DNA from: Macrostomum lignano
Taxonomy: Eukaryota
DNA: 64,000 bases
Direction of reading: 5' to 3'
Assembly: GCA_002269645.1 (NCBI GenBank)
Contig: NIVC01002942.1
Coordinates: 1 to 64,000, forward strand
Part shown: piece by piece, positions 40,145-52,653 of the stretch
Layout of the letters: the number at the start of each line of letters is the position of its first letter
Numbering within the stretch: the first letter of the stretch is position 1
The notes under the pieces: model-generated
What the model was told of the DNA's origin: nothing
Seen by the model: the letters and a program-made list of their open reading frames with translations, nothing else
The model's database searches: none
Translations under genes and position numbers: made by a program

Positions 40145-40921
40145 CTAGTAGAATGGGTCGACGCACTCGCACAGAGCTATGACCCAAGAGGCTCCGGACT
40201 CCACTTCGTCGTCCAGGCCGAAGCTGCTGGAGTAATTGTACCAAATGTTTGTCCGGTTGTGCAGACCGTTCTCATTCGGCTCGCCGCTGCCCCACGCCTC
40301 GGGCTGGATGGTGGCGTTGCAGTCGCGCCAGTACCAGGTGCCGGAGCTGAGCGGGGAAGGCCGGTAACCGCCCAGGTAGAAGCTGCGCATCGACGAGCTC
40401 AGGTCTCCATTGAGGGTGGACTTGAAAGTACCGATGTGCTCAACTTCCGGCCTGTCGCCTGCGTCAGCGAACTTGACGAGTCCGGGCTCCGAGTTGCACT
40501 TGTTGAGGCCGTCCGTCCAGCTCGACACGCCCACCATCTTGTAGACGGAGCCGCGATAGCCGTTGGCGAAGTCGGCAGGGCACAGCCGGCCGTTCGGCAG
40601 GCCCTCCAGGCTCCTCACGAAGGCCCAGCCGGAGCGGTCGCAGCCGGCCTCGTTCGGCATGTGGCTGCACCTGTCGAACTCCATCGTCTGGCAGACGGAG
40701 CCGTCGTCGCCAGTCAGTCGGAAGCCGCGGCATCGGACGCCGCGGTTGAGGCAGACCGCGCTGCACTTCACATTGCTGGGTCGGGCCAGCGGGGTGTTAT
40801 GGAGAAACTCAGGCCTCAGGCACAGCCGAACGAAGTGCTTTGTGAACTTCTGGGTGCTCTGCTCAGCTGCAGCAGCGCTCCAGGACGCAAGCAAGCAGAG
40901 AAGTACCGTCCAGTAAGACAT
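40145..40921 (-). CDS. PAN + C-type lectin, copy 2 (EPN motif)
   Basis: Same architecture as copy 1; WGSGEPN. Confidence 0.85.
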   Translation of the reverse strand: MSYWTVLLCLLASWSAAAAEQSTQKFTKHFVRLCLRPEFLHNTPLARPSNVKCSAVCLNRGVRCRGFRLTGDDGSVCQTMEFDRCSHMPNEAGCDRSGWAFVRSLEGLPNGRLCPADFANGYRGSVYKMVGVSSWTDGLNKCNSEPGLVKFADAGDRPEVEHIGTFKSTLNGDLSSSMRSFYLGGYRPSPLSSGTWYWRDCNATIQPEAWGSGEPNENGLHNRTNIWYNYSSSFGLDDEVESGASWVIALCECVDPFY

Positions 40922-41854
40922 GCCTTGCAGTTGAAGTGGGGCTCTGCATCAGCTGGGGTTGCCTTTGTGATGCAGGGCTGCGTTTTGTGAAAGCCAATAA
41001 ACGACTTGCTCCGTGCTAGGTGACGTCGCTCAAAAATTTGCGAGCAATGACAGTGCCTGTCCGTCAGTTTTCAGAATAGTTTTTGCTTACCAGTTTTGAG
41101 CCGTTGTATTTGCAATTTGTACAGCTGTCTGCCATGGCTTTGCCTCAGCTGCGGCAGGCGACATGAGCCTGACGCCGGATTACTCGTACACCAAGTCGTA
41201 TAACAAAAGTTTACGCACAATTCAAACTGGAAAGAATTTTACCAGAAGTATTTTCCTGACCAACAATTTTTCACTCGCGATACAAAAAATAGATAGGACA
41301 AAAATGCTAACAGTCAGATGTCGCCAATTGCCGTTCATGCCATTTAGTCAGTGTAGTGTTCCAGTCTCCATTTAATCGTCCTTAATCCCGAAATCCACCA
41401 GCAGAAATGGAGAAATTAGCAGCGACAAGGAGGGGAAGTTGATCTGGGATGCTGCGTCTAATCAGCGGCAATCAGTGCCGAAAAGCAGTACGAAAAATTA
41501 GCTCTAAGTCATGTTAGGTTTAGGTTTAAGCTCTCAAAACCGAATTTTGAGGGTATTGTGGTGAAATTCGTTGCGCATTTAATGACACTGGCCAATTAGC
41601 GATAGCAGCAGCAACAGACACAACACAAAAATGCGTTGTGCAGTCGAGGTCTTAAGAAAAACAGAAGCCGTCTCTTGGCTACATGTAGTGCCCGAGCATA
41701 GACTTGGGCGGACACGGGTCGCCGGTGTCGGGTTGTAGGCAGTAGACGAAGCGCCAAGTGCGCGATTGTCTCCGCCGGTAGGTTGCCTGCAGCGTCAGCA
41801 GCAGCGCCCCCTGCACCGAATGATACTGCCGGAGGGAGTCGGGAGGATATTGAG

Positions 41855-43335
41855 GATGGTTTGAGTAGCGAGATGGTTTGAGTAGCGAGATGGTTTGAGT
41901 AGCGAGATGGTTTGAGTAGCGAGATGGTTTGAGTAGCGAGATGGTTTGAGTAGCGAGATGGTTTGAGTAGCGAGATGGTTTGAGTAGCGAGATGGTTTGA
42001 GTAGCGAGATGGTTTGAGTAGCGAGATGGTTTGAGTAGCGAGATGGTTTGAGTAGCGAGATGGTTTGAGTAGCGAGATGGTTTGAGTAGCGAGATGGTTT
42101 GAGTAGCGAGATGGTTTGAGTAGCGAGATGGTTTGAGTAGCGAGATGGTTTGAGTAGCGAGATGGTTTGAGTAGCGAGATGGTTTGAGTAGCGAGATGGT
42201 TTGAGTAGCGAGATGGTTTGAGTAGCGAGATGGTTTGAGTAGCGAGATGGTTTGAGTAGCGAGATGGTTTGAGTAGCGAGATGGTTTGAGTAGCGAGATG
42301 GTTTGAGTAGCGAGATGGTTTGAGTAGCGAAATGGTTTGAGTAGCGAGATGGTTTGAGTAGCGAGATGGTTTGAGTAGCGAGATGGTTTGAGTAGCGAGA
42401 TGGTTTGAGTAGCGAGATGGTTTGAGTAGCGAGATGGTTTGAGTAGCGAGATGGTTTGAGTAGCGAGATGGTTTGAGTAGCGAGATGGTTTGAGTAGCGA
42501 GATGGTTTGAGTAGCGAGATGGTTTGAGTAGCGAGATGGTTTGAGTAGCGAGATGGTTTGAGTAGCGAGATGGTTTGAGTAGCGAGATGGTTTGAGTAGC
42601 GAGATGGTTTGAGTAGCGAGATGGTTTGAGTAGCGAGATGGTTTGAGTAGCGAGATGGTTTGAGTAGCGAGATGGTTTGAGTAGCGAGATGGTTTGAGTA
42701 GCGAGATGGTTTGAGTAGCGAGATGGTTTGAGTAGCGAGATGGTTTGAGTAGCGAGATGGTTTGAGTAGCGAGATGGTTTGAGTAGCGAGATGGTTTGAG
42801 TAGCGAGATGGTTTGAGTAGCGAGATGGTTTGAGTAGCGAGATGGTTTGAGTAGCGAGATGGTTTGAGTAGCGAGATGGTTTGAGTAGCGAGATGGTTTG
42901 AGTAGCGAAATGGTTTGAGTAGCGAGATGGTTTGAGTAGCGAGATGGTTTGAGTAGCGAGATGGTTTGAGTAGCGAGATGGTTTGAGTAGCGAGATGGTT
43001 TGAGTAGCGAGATGGTTTGAGTAGCGAGATGGTTTGAGTAGCGAGATGGTTTGAGTAGCGAGATGGTTTGAGTAGCGAGATGGTTTGAGTAGCGAGATGG
43101 TTTGAGTAGCGAGATGGTTTGAGTAGCGAGATGGTTTGAGTAGCGAGATGGTTTGAGTAGCGAGATGGTTTGAGTAGCGAGATGGTTTGAGTAGCGAGAT
43201 GGTTTGAGTAGCGAGATGGTTTGAGTAGCGAGATGGTTTGAGTAGCGAGATGGTTTGAGTAGCGAGATGGTTTGAGTAGCGAGATGGTTTGAGTAGCGAG
43301 ATGGTTTGAGTAGCGAGATGGTTTGAGTAGCGAGA
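41855..43335. repeat. 17-bp GATGGTTTGAGTAGCGA near-perfect array, about 87 copies
   Basis: Period 17; the 580-aa ORF is an artefact. Confidence 0.97.
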
Positions 43336-43337
43336 CA

Positions 43338-43532
43338 CTAAAACCCCTAAGCTAAAACCCCTAAGCTAAAACCCCTAAGCTAAAACCCCTAAGCTAAAAC
43401 CCCTAAGCTAAAACCCCTAAGCTAAAACCCCTAAGCTAAAACCCCTAAGCTAAAACCCCTAAGCTAAAACCCCTAAGCTAAAACCCCTAAGCTAAAACCC
43501 CTAAGCTAAAACCCCTAAGCTAAAACCCCTAA
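43338..43532. repeat. 14-bp CTAAAACCCCTAAG array
   Basis: Period 14, about 14 copies. Confidence 0.95.
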
Positions 43533-45233
43533 GATATATAATGCTCGCAGCTGGCTTCAGGCATGGTAGCGCTTGAAACTGAAAATTCTGCTTCTTGTCA
43601 TTTTGTGTTCTTCTTGCCGCTCCGTTGCACCAGCCGTTCCTGTCCACGCTCCGGGACTGAGCACTAATGCTATAGGCTGACTCTGACAACCGCTGGACCA
43701 AGTCCCCTCGGATTGTCTTGACATGGTTGATGGCCCCGGCTTTACTAACGTTTTTAGCATTGCCGCATTCACTAATGATGGGGATGAGTTAGAAATCTGA
43801 ATAGAAAAGGCAGGCTCGCAGAACAATTTGTCAGGCCAGTCCAAAACCTTGAAAAAACTCGCAACCGTCGCAAAGCAGAAATGAATGAAGGGTTTGAAAC
43901 AATACTGTCTTTCGAGATCGTTGGTGGGCGCTCTGCTTGGAGGGTAGCTCGCGTCTTCGGCTGAGCTGCCCGTGTTGCAGGAATTTTACCGCTCCCTTAG
44001 CAGCTTGAGCTGCCAATGCGTCAGTTGATCTGACCTAAGCAGAGAGCTGGTGAATGGACCGCCTGTAAGGCTCGTTGATATTCTGCCAGTGTAGCCCACC
44101 AGGAATTCGGGATTCTATGCATTAGAGATGTGTTCGGCGCTGCTAGAGCTTCCCGGAGCGGGGCCACGTGGTCGCTGTGAATCTGATCTCTCTGCGGCTT
44201 TGTGTGCCCGCTCACCCTGTCTGATGGGTAGTTTTCACAGGTGCGCTAGGACAAACAACCCTGCAGGGTTTCCAAAGCCTTCAACGCCTCCCAATCGCCA
44301 CAGAAGGGACTCAATATTGAGGTCGCCCGAGCATTCGCTCCTGAAGCACTCAACCCCTCATCCAGCGGCGGAGTTCCATTTTGGTCGAAGCGAGAAATTC
44401 ACTTTCCGGACTTTGTTAGCGAGGATATTGTTAGTTTGCTCTTTAATTAGTCAACGGCAGAAATTATCTATGATACGAACTGGATATTGATATACATGTA
44501 AACTGTTCAAACACTTTGTGACACATTTGGCTTTCCTCCTTGTATAAAGAGTTTTGAAATATAAAACGTTTCTCTTGTGGGACGCTCAGCCAAATTTTAC
44601 CTCAGAGTTTTCAGATCGTGGTTCTCCTTTTGGCCCTTGGATGCACTTTTTCTAAACGCGGGACGGATGCCTCTGAGGTGAATGGATCCATAGAATTCAC
44701 ATTTTGCTGTTTCTAGTGCCTTTGAAGGTGGTGCATTCCTGTGTTTTCAGGTGAAGGCAATGTCTGCGATTGTGGGAGCGTTGTAGTCTTTGATCTGCTC
44801 CAGTGCTGAAGGCCCTGTAGAATGACGTCGAGCAGCAGATCACCTTCGTGTCGAGTAGTAGCTGGACCGCCCCAAACTGAATTCATGCAAAAGACTATGC
44901 GATCGATAAACATGGGCTGCAAATGCAAAGGGCACTCTCCTTACACTTTGTTTAGATTAGAAATCAGAGAATATTGCACGCATAAGTTGATTTTAACTTT
45001 AAGCTGCCGGATGGTCAGCAGCGCTAACCATACACCAACAGCCTTTACTGTCGGTAATTTTGCTGATAAAGCTGACCATGCGGGCAGGAACGGAGCTGGT
45101 AATTTTGCTGATAAAGCTGACCATGCCGGCAGGAACGGAGCTTTTGTATTTGTAGCTCCGGCGCAAAAGCTCTGATGAGTCACTCTACTCATAGTAGAAA
45201 TGATGGGCACATGACAAAACAGGTATTCTATCT

Positions 45234-48200
45234 TTAAGGCTCTAAGTGAACTGATAAAGACCATTAAGGCTCCGAGTGAACTGATGAAGACCATTAAGGC
45301 TCCGAGTGAACTGATAAAGACCATTAAGGCTCCGAGTGAACTGATGAATAGCATTAAGGCTCCGAGTGAACTGATGAATAGCATTAAGGCTCCGAGTGAA
45401 CTGATGAATAGCATTAAGGCTCCGAGTGAACTGATAAAGACCATTAAGGCTCCGAGAGAACTGATGAAGATCATTAAGGCTCCGAGTGAGCTGATGAAGA
45501 TCATTAAGGCTCCGAGTGAGCTGATGAAGATCATTAAGGCTCCGAGTGAGCTGATGAAGATCATTAAGGCTCCGAGTGAGCTGCTGAATAGCATTAAGGC
45601 TCCGAGTGAACTGATGAATAGCATTAAGGCTCCGAGTGAACTGATAAAGACCATTAAGGCTCCGAGAGAACTGATGAAGATCATTAAGGCTCCGAGTGAG
45701 CTGATAAAGACCATTAAGGCTCCGAGAGAACTGATGAAGATCATTAAGGCTCCGAGTGAGCTGATGAAGATCATTAAGGCTCCGAGTGAGCTGATGAAGA
45801 TCATTAAGGCTCCGAGTGAGCTGATGAAGATCATTAAGGCTCCGAGTGAGCTGCTGAATAGCATTAAGGCTCCGAGTGAACTGATGAATAGCATTAAGGC
45901 TCCGAGTGAACTGATAAAGACCATTAAGGCTCCGAGAGAACTGATGAAGATCATTAAGGCTCCGAGTGAGCTGATAAAGACCATTAAGGCTCCGAGAGAA
46001 CTGATGAAGATCATTAAGGCTCCGAGTGAGCTGATGAAGATCATTAAGGCTCCGAGTGAGCTGATGAAGATCATTAAGGCTCCGAGTGAGCTGATGAAGA
46101 TCATTAAGGCTCCGAGTGAGCTGATGAATAGCATTAAGGCTCCGAGCAAGGACAACTAAAACCCTCGGGACGCGAAACGAGCCAATTCATGGCGAAAAAT
46201 CTGAGGGGCTCGCTTAAAAGTATTGTTCTATGGCTTTTTCAAGTCTTCTCTGCTATCAGGCATTAACGGTTAGATTAAATAGTAAAGCGAAGCAATGTCG
46301 AGTATTTAATTTAAAGAATAGGAACCAGTGATATAATTACAATGTATTTACAATAAAGTAACCGCCATATCAACAAAAAAACTCCAACGGCAAGAAGATA
46401 AAGGATGAAAGCGAAGATGAAACTCCAACGGCAAGAAGATAAAGGATGAAAGCGAATATGAAACTCCAACGGCAAGAAGATAAAGGATGAAAGCGAAGAT
46501 GAAACTCCAACGGCAAGAAGATAAAGGATGAAAGCGAATATGAAACTCCAACGGCAAGAAGATAAAGGATGAAAGCGAAGATGAAACTCCAACGGCAAGA
46601 AGATAGAAGCAAATACGGAACTCCAAGGACAAGACGACACAAACAGTCAGTAGCTCGTACATAAAGGAAACGCTGGAACTTCACCTACTGAGCATCTAAC
46701 TTCCGAAGCTTTCTATCATGGGATGTCGTCGGTATTGGTGGGAGTTTTGACGAGCGTCTTACTAGTCCTTTGAAAAAAACGTTGGCTAGCCGACGGGACA
46801 CACTGTCCATGCTGAACTGTGTCTTAGTTGGAAAGTAAAAGTCCTTAATAACATAAAACAGCTTCTGCACGCGAGTTGCGCACGTAGGAGAGTGCAGAAT
46901 AAAACTGTTGGAGCAGAGACAGGATAAGTCGAACAGCCATTGTGGAGGATGACAAAGCTTTCCGCGAGATAACTCTTCAGTGAATTCGCTGGCTGGAATG
47001 CTCGTCTCTGATATCAAATCTGTTCCTTTGATGCCTTCTTTAGTCGCTGTATAACCTGTCAATTTCCAATAAAGCACGGTTTGAATTGTTTTTATGAGAT
47101 TGTGTAAAACCTCGTTGTGAATTAAATTTTAATTAATATCCAGCTTACCTGCGATATAGTAGAGCGAAGCCATCTCCGAAATGGAAAGCTCCTCTGATTT
47201 AGCAGCACAATTATCAATGGTCGCCAGTTCAATTTCATTCAGCTATTCATTGCAACATTTGCTCCGATCGTGCTTGTTGTCTGCTAATTCAAGGGATGCG
47301 AATAATTTCATTCGTCGGAGTCGAGCACTGAGCAGCACTTGCTCCACAGATACATAGTAGTTGCCGCCGCTCATTTGGCGATACACGCCAAACTCAGCCT
47401 CAAGTGGATCACTGTGAAAGTCAGCCAGCAGAACGTAGCTGATTCGTGGGTCGGACAAAAGAACCTCACACATCTCACAGGCTCCGCGCAGTGAGTTTAC
47501 TAGCGCTGACTTGGTCTCGGGCGTCAATGAATGATGGCGAGCTCGGCCTTTTCCACAATGTGTCGAATCAAACGAATCCGCGAGCGCGCTAAGAAATTGT
47601 ATGCTTTCATCTTGAACGGAATAGACTGGTCGCCTGTCCGGATCCCGTAGTCGTGCGTGTAGATCAGGATTTTTACAATTGACAATTTTCCAGAATCTCA
47701 CTATGGTTTTGATGAATTCCGCAGTGTCTGAGTATCCATCACACTTCAATGCAGCGGCAACCCTTTCATCGAGAACTAGGAGAGCGAGACTGACTTTAGT
47801 TTTCTGAATGCTTGTGGGATAACAGGCCTCATGAGTTAGACATGTGCACTTGACTACGTGGTCTTTCTCCATTTGGTACAGGCGTACCACGCCTGACCAT
47901 TTAGCGGATATCTGTCTGTCAGCGCCAGGAGGTTAAATGCTTAGAATTCCATTCGCTTCCATTTGCCAATTGTTGCGAATGCATTTGATAATGTGAACGA
48001 AATCGAACAGCATGAAGAATTCCGACTCCTGTGCAGCATCCGTTCCAATCCATGGCTTCTCTCTTCCAGCGCTAAATAAAGCAAAACACTTGCGGTTGTT
48101 AGGGTGATTGTCGCTGACGAGAGCAACGACACGGCCACCGTTGTTGTTAATTGCTTTAATACATTGGCTGACGCATTTTCGCAGAAACTCCGCAGACAAA

Positions 48201-50232
48201 ATGTATGTCGGCAATAGTCGGACTACAAACGGTTTTCCACCAAGTAATGGCTTTACCATTATGGCCAAAATTGTCCTAGCAACCTGGTCCGGATCGTCGA
48301 CGGCTCGACCCAGAAGGTGACAGCATCGACATCGAACGGACGGTTGTATGTACATTTCGTCAAACATATTACGCAGTTTCGCTGAGCTCCTGATAGACTA
48401 GCAAAAACTGACTGGATCACATCGGCTGCGTCGGTTTCTGTGCCAACTTCTCCTGTACCTGCTAGTTGCAGCTGCAGCGTTCGGGATGAGGCAATGGCAA
48501 TAGCTTCCGTAGGTAAGAGTAAGCCGAACTACTGATCAAGTAGAGCAATGCTGACTGTCGCACTAGTGAAATGTCATAGCGGCGATTGTTCCGATTTACT
48601 AATGTAAGGCTAAGTTGTCGAATCAAAAACTGAAGCGACGGATCCAAATCAGAGTCAGAATCTATATCATCACTGATTCTACTAACAAACGCTTCGACTT
48701 CACGTTGGGGATTGGCGTCGGAATTTTTGCACCGCACGACAACAGCATCCAGTTGCGACCAGCGCTTGAGTGTCGGTTGAAATCCCAACAAGTCTCGGAC
48801 CGAAATCGGTGTATGCAGTTTGAATGCACGAATCAGAAAGTTGAGTGAGACAAAAATTCGAACAGACAGGTCTCCATCTTTATCTAACGTAAACAAGTAA
48901 ACGTCTTCGTTCAGAATAGCTGTGTTCAGTGCATGTCGAGATACGACATCCGAATTTTTCACCTCAGCTCGAAAACTTTCCCATGCCGGCAAAAAATCAA
49001 GCAGCTGAAAAGCGTCCATCTCATCGATGTCGCCGCACCTCGCGTCAGAAAGAACACCGCGCTTTTCGGCCTGTCGGTCCTGGTCTAAAATAAGAGTAAA
49101 AATAAAAGTAAGATAATTGTGAGCGGCAAAATCGATATACTTGAAGTAGACGCTAAGTGTTGAGCAATCTTTAAGTTACGTACCTTGGTTCTGAACAAAA
49201 CACGAGCTAGGAACTCCATTAAAAACAGAAGGAGGATTAATTGGCCTTTCGGTAGAGTTTTTCTTGACCATTGGAGCATCGCTTGGCCAATGCTTTACGC
49301 ACACGCCCATATTGTCAGTCACTCTCTAAAATAATAAATTTTGGGTTTCAAGTTGTTTGGACGAGACTGGCATGCAGAATTGAAGCGGAATTATGCAGCA
49401 GTAATGACAGCAAATGATCTGGTTTCTTACCTGGAGAATATTTGGCAGCGCCTTTCTCCATCGCTCTCGCTCCTGTGGATCTCTGGGAAACGCAAATGTC
49501 CGTGTTCGAACGGCTTCAGAGTTGTAATTTGACGAGCACGGAAATACGCTGCACTTTCTTGGCATTTCATCAAGTGAATAAAAAATGCTTCTCTTGATAT
49601 AGTTCAGCTTAGCTTCACTGCTGGCCGCAGCTAAAGCAATTTTAATTTGCCTGATAGCAGAGAAGACTTGAAAAAGCCATAGAACAATACTTTTAAGCGA
49701 GCCCCTCAGATTTTTTGCCATGAATTGGCTCGTTTCGCGTCCCGAGGGTTTTAGTTGTCCCTGGCTCCGAGTGAACTGATGAATAGCATTAAGGCTCCGA
49801 GTGAACTGATAAAGACCATTAAGGCTCCGAGAGAGCTGATGAAGATCATTAAGGCTCCGAGTGAGCTGATGAAGATCATTAAGGCTCCGAGTGAGCTGAT
49901 GAAGATCATTAAGGCTCCGAGTGAGCTGATGAAGATCATTAAGGCTCCGAGTGAGCTGATGAAGACCATTAAGGCTTCGAGAGAACTGATAAAGACCATT
50001 AAGGCTCCGAGTGAGCTGATGAAGACCATTAAGGCTCCGAGTGAGCTGATGAAGACCATTAAGGCTCCGAGTGAGCTGATAAAGACCATTAAGGCTCCGA
50101 GAGAACTGATAAAGGTCGTTAAGGCTCCGAGTGAACTGATAAAGGTCGTTAAGGCTCCGAGTGAACTGATAAAGGTCGTTAAGGCTCCGAGTGAACTGAT
50201 AAAGGTCATTAAGGCTCTGAGTGAGCTGAAAA
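45234..50232. repeat. 30-bp minisatellite (AAGGCTCCGAGTGAGCTGATGAAGATCATT) split by a P-element
   Basis: Same-orientation arrays at 45234-46146 and 49764-50232. Confidence 0.93.
46147..49763 (-). mobile_element. P-element/THAP9-like DNA transposon, 3617 bp, transposase frameshifted
   Basis: CA...TG ends, TIRs of about 115 bp (46147-46262 / 49649-49763) and an 8-bp TSD GCTCCGAG. THAP MPRKCSVFPC..FAFPRDPQERERW; transposase segments FDEMYIQP, FDFVHIIKCIRNNW, SDPLEAEFGVYRQMSG. Internal 41-bp repeat at 46381-46625. Confidence 0.93.
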
Positions 50233-51879
50233 CGATCAATAACTCACAATAAGTCTTCGAGTGAGCTTTGAGGAAGCTCAAGCTCTAGTGAATTTGCAGC
50301 AGATTCACAATGTAATTTAGTGATCCTCACAGCCGTTCGACGAACCAATAAAACTGATAAATGTGTTTCCATTTTTCGTTGCTAACTCTTGTAATAACAA
50401 TAGACACGAAGGGAACAGAAACAGATCATATCATCGATCTTATATGAATTACAATAGATAGGCCACTCTCCATTCAGCCAATGCATTGAAAACGACATCC
50501 AAAAATGACTCGGAGAGGAAAAAATGTCCGCTTGCACTACTGAAAACTAATCGCCAGTAGTCCATGGGCATAGACTAAAAAAAATCATTAAATCGCAATA
50601 AAATGACGCAGGTTTTTGGTGTGAACACATCGACAGATTGAACTGCCCAAAATCATGAGCTCAATGCGCTTTCTGGGTGCAAAACTGTGATACTGACGTG
50701 TACTCACCAGTACTGAAGGACGGAAGTACAAGAACACTGGGAGAAAGACTGAAGAGACATAGATGCCTTGCCCATGTCTTTAGCAGGAAGTCAAGCAGGT
50801 TTCTTTAAATTTGAGCACAGCATCCAAATTCTTCAAGTTCAGTTTGCCTTATATCGTTAACGTAATCGTTTAAGCCAACTTCTTTTAGTTTTCTTTAAAA
50901 ATATACTGCTGTCCAACAGCCTTCTGACCCAGAAAAAATGCATACAAATGAAAAAAGACGACTTCTTTCTCTCAAAACGCACTCTGCTGATTATAATCTT
51001 ACACTGGTCATGCAAAGGCATCCCAAGTCCTACGCTGACACAGCTGAATAAAAAGGTAATTTAATACCCGCTTCAGCTACTGACAAATATGCGTATTAAC
51101 TACTGAGAACTACCTGAAATGACCGCTTTTGGAATGGTTCCCTCTGAGTGGCCTATCTAGTGTATATAAGATTTATGGGTCACACTTAATCTGCAAATAT
51201 TGCGACGCGATGGGTGCGCCGAGAGCAGGGAGCAGAGCAGAGGTTGCAAAGCGAATGAAATGCTCAAGTATTCATATTTCAACATGGAAGGAGTAAATAT
51301 CAACTTTGACATGGATTTCAACTTTGACTCATGATCAATTTCAAGTTCAAGTTCAGTATCTATTTAAAGATACACTTACTCACTTCTGCCTTAGTTCTCA
51401 GGCATAGTTTTGAATTCTCAAGCTTCATTTTTAGTGAGTTTTGGCCATAGACGGCGGCCATTGCACTGCTGCTGAGGAAAGAGGCATGAGCAGTCACATC
51501 TGTGGGTTAAGTTTCTGGGGCTCAATACAAGTATTCTTCGTTCGAGCATGTTACGAAGATCTGTAAAGGACGCGTGAATCACAAAGTCCGTTTGAGTTGT
51601 CTGCGGATAGCTAGAGCAGCCCTGTATATTTTATAAGGTTTCAAGAAGTTTCTCGAAAACATTCATACATATGCTCTTTGAAGCACTGAAAATTGTCTTT
51701 TCATCGCATTTATGCTGTGGCAACATTCGAACATCAACGCCAGCGCCTGTTTGCTCGTATTTCAAACTAATAGCAAACTGGTGCACACTCAATAAACAGC
51801 TGTTCTACTGATGACTACACTGCGATCTGTAGTCCTGACTCAAAGTCTGAACATTTCCTCCTCCGGCTTCCGAGCAGCT

Positions 51880-52653
51880 TCAGGCAAACGGATCGATGCA
51901 CTCGCACAGAGCTCGGATCAGGTAGCTCGCCGACTCCACCTCGTCGTCCACGCCGTATGGATGGCCGTGCCAGACGTTAATCCTGTCGTGCGAGTCGCCT
52001 TGGTTCGGCTGACCTATGCTCCAAACCTCGGGCTCCAGCGTGGCGTTGCAGTCGCGCCAGTACCAGGTGCCGGAGCTGAGCGGGGAAGGCCGGTAACCGC
52101 CCAGGTAAAAACTGCGCTTCCAATAAACAAGGTCTACATTGGAGATATTTTTCAGAGTGTGCATGTGATCGACCTCCGGCCTGTCGATTCCGTCGGCGAA
52201 CTTGGCGAGTCCGGGCTCCGAGTTGCACTTGTTGAGGCCGTCCGTCCAGCTCGACACGCCCACCATCTTGTAGACGGAGCCGCGATAGCCGTTGGCGAAG
52301 CCGGCAGGGCACAGCTGGCCGTTCGGCAGGCCCTCCAGGCTCCTCACGAAGGCCCAGCCGGAGCGGTCGCAGCCGGCCTCGTTCGGCATGTGGCTGCACC
52401 TGTCGAACTCCATCGTCTGGCAGACGGAGCCGTCATCGCCAGTCAGTCGGAAGCCGCGGCATCGGACGCCGCGGTTGAGGCAGACCATGCCGCACTCTAT
52501 ATTGCTGGGGTCGGCCAGCGGGGTGTTGCGGAGAAACTCGGGTCTCAGGCACAGCCGAATAAAGTGCTTTGTGAACTGCTGGAAGCTGAGCTCAGCTACG
52601 GCAGCGCTCAAGGACGCAAGCAGGCAGAAGAGAAGTACCGTCCAGTAAGACAT
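51880..52653 (-). CDS. PAN + C-type lectin, copy 3
   Basis: Same architecture; WSIGQPN. Confidence 0.85.
   Translation of the reverse strand: MSYWTVLLFCLLASLSAAVAELSFQQFTKHFIRLCLRPEFLRNTPLADPSNIECGMVCLNRGVRCRGFRLTGDDGSVCQTMEFDRCSHMPNEAGCDRSGWAFVRSLEGLPNGQLCPAGFANGYRGSVYKMVGVSSWTDGLNKCNSEPGLAKFADGIDRPEVDHMHTLKNISNVDLVYWKRSFYLGGYRPSPLSSGTWYWRDCNATLEPEVWSIGQPNQGDSHDRINVWHGHPYGVDDEVESASYLIRALCECIDPFA

Noticed and set aside
41596-43338. 580-aa ORF and other repeat ORFs (15809-16817, 19826-20820, 26711-27577, 31011-32297, 44941-46159, 49751-50281, 54024-54898, 55884-56665, 62610-63238)
   Set aside because: They are translations of tandem repeats lacking stop codons; several lie in introns.
43338-43532. 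Interstitial telomere
   Set aside because: The 14-bp unit CTAAAACCCCTAAG is not a TTAGGG-type repeat and is a local array within a duplicated block.
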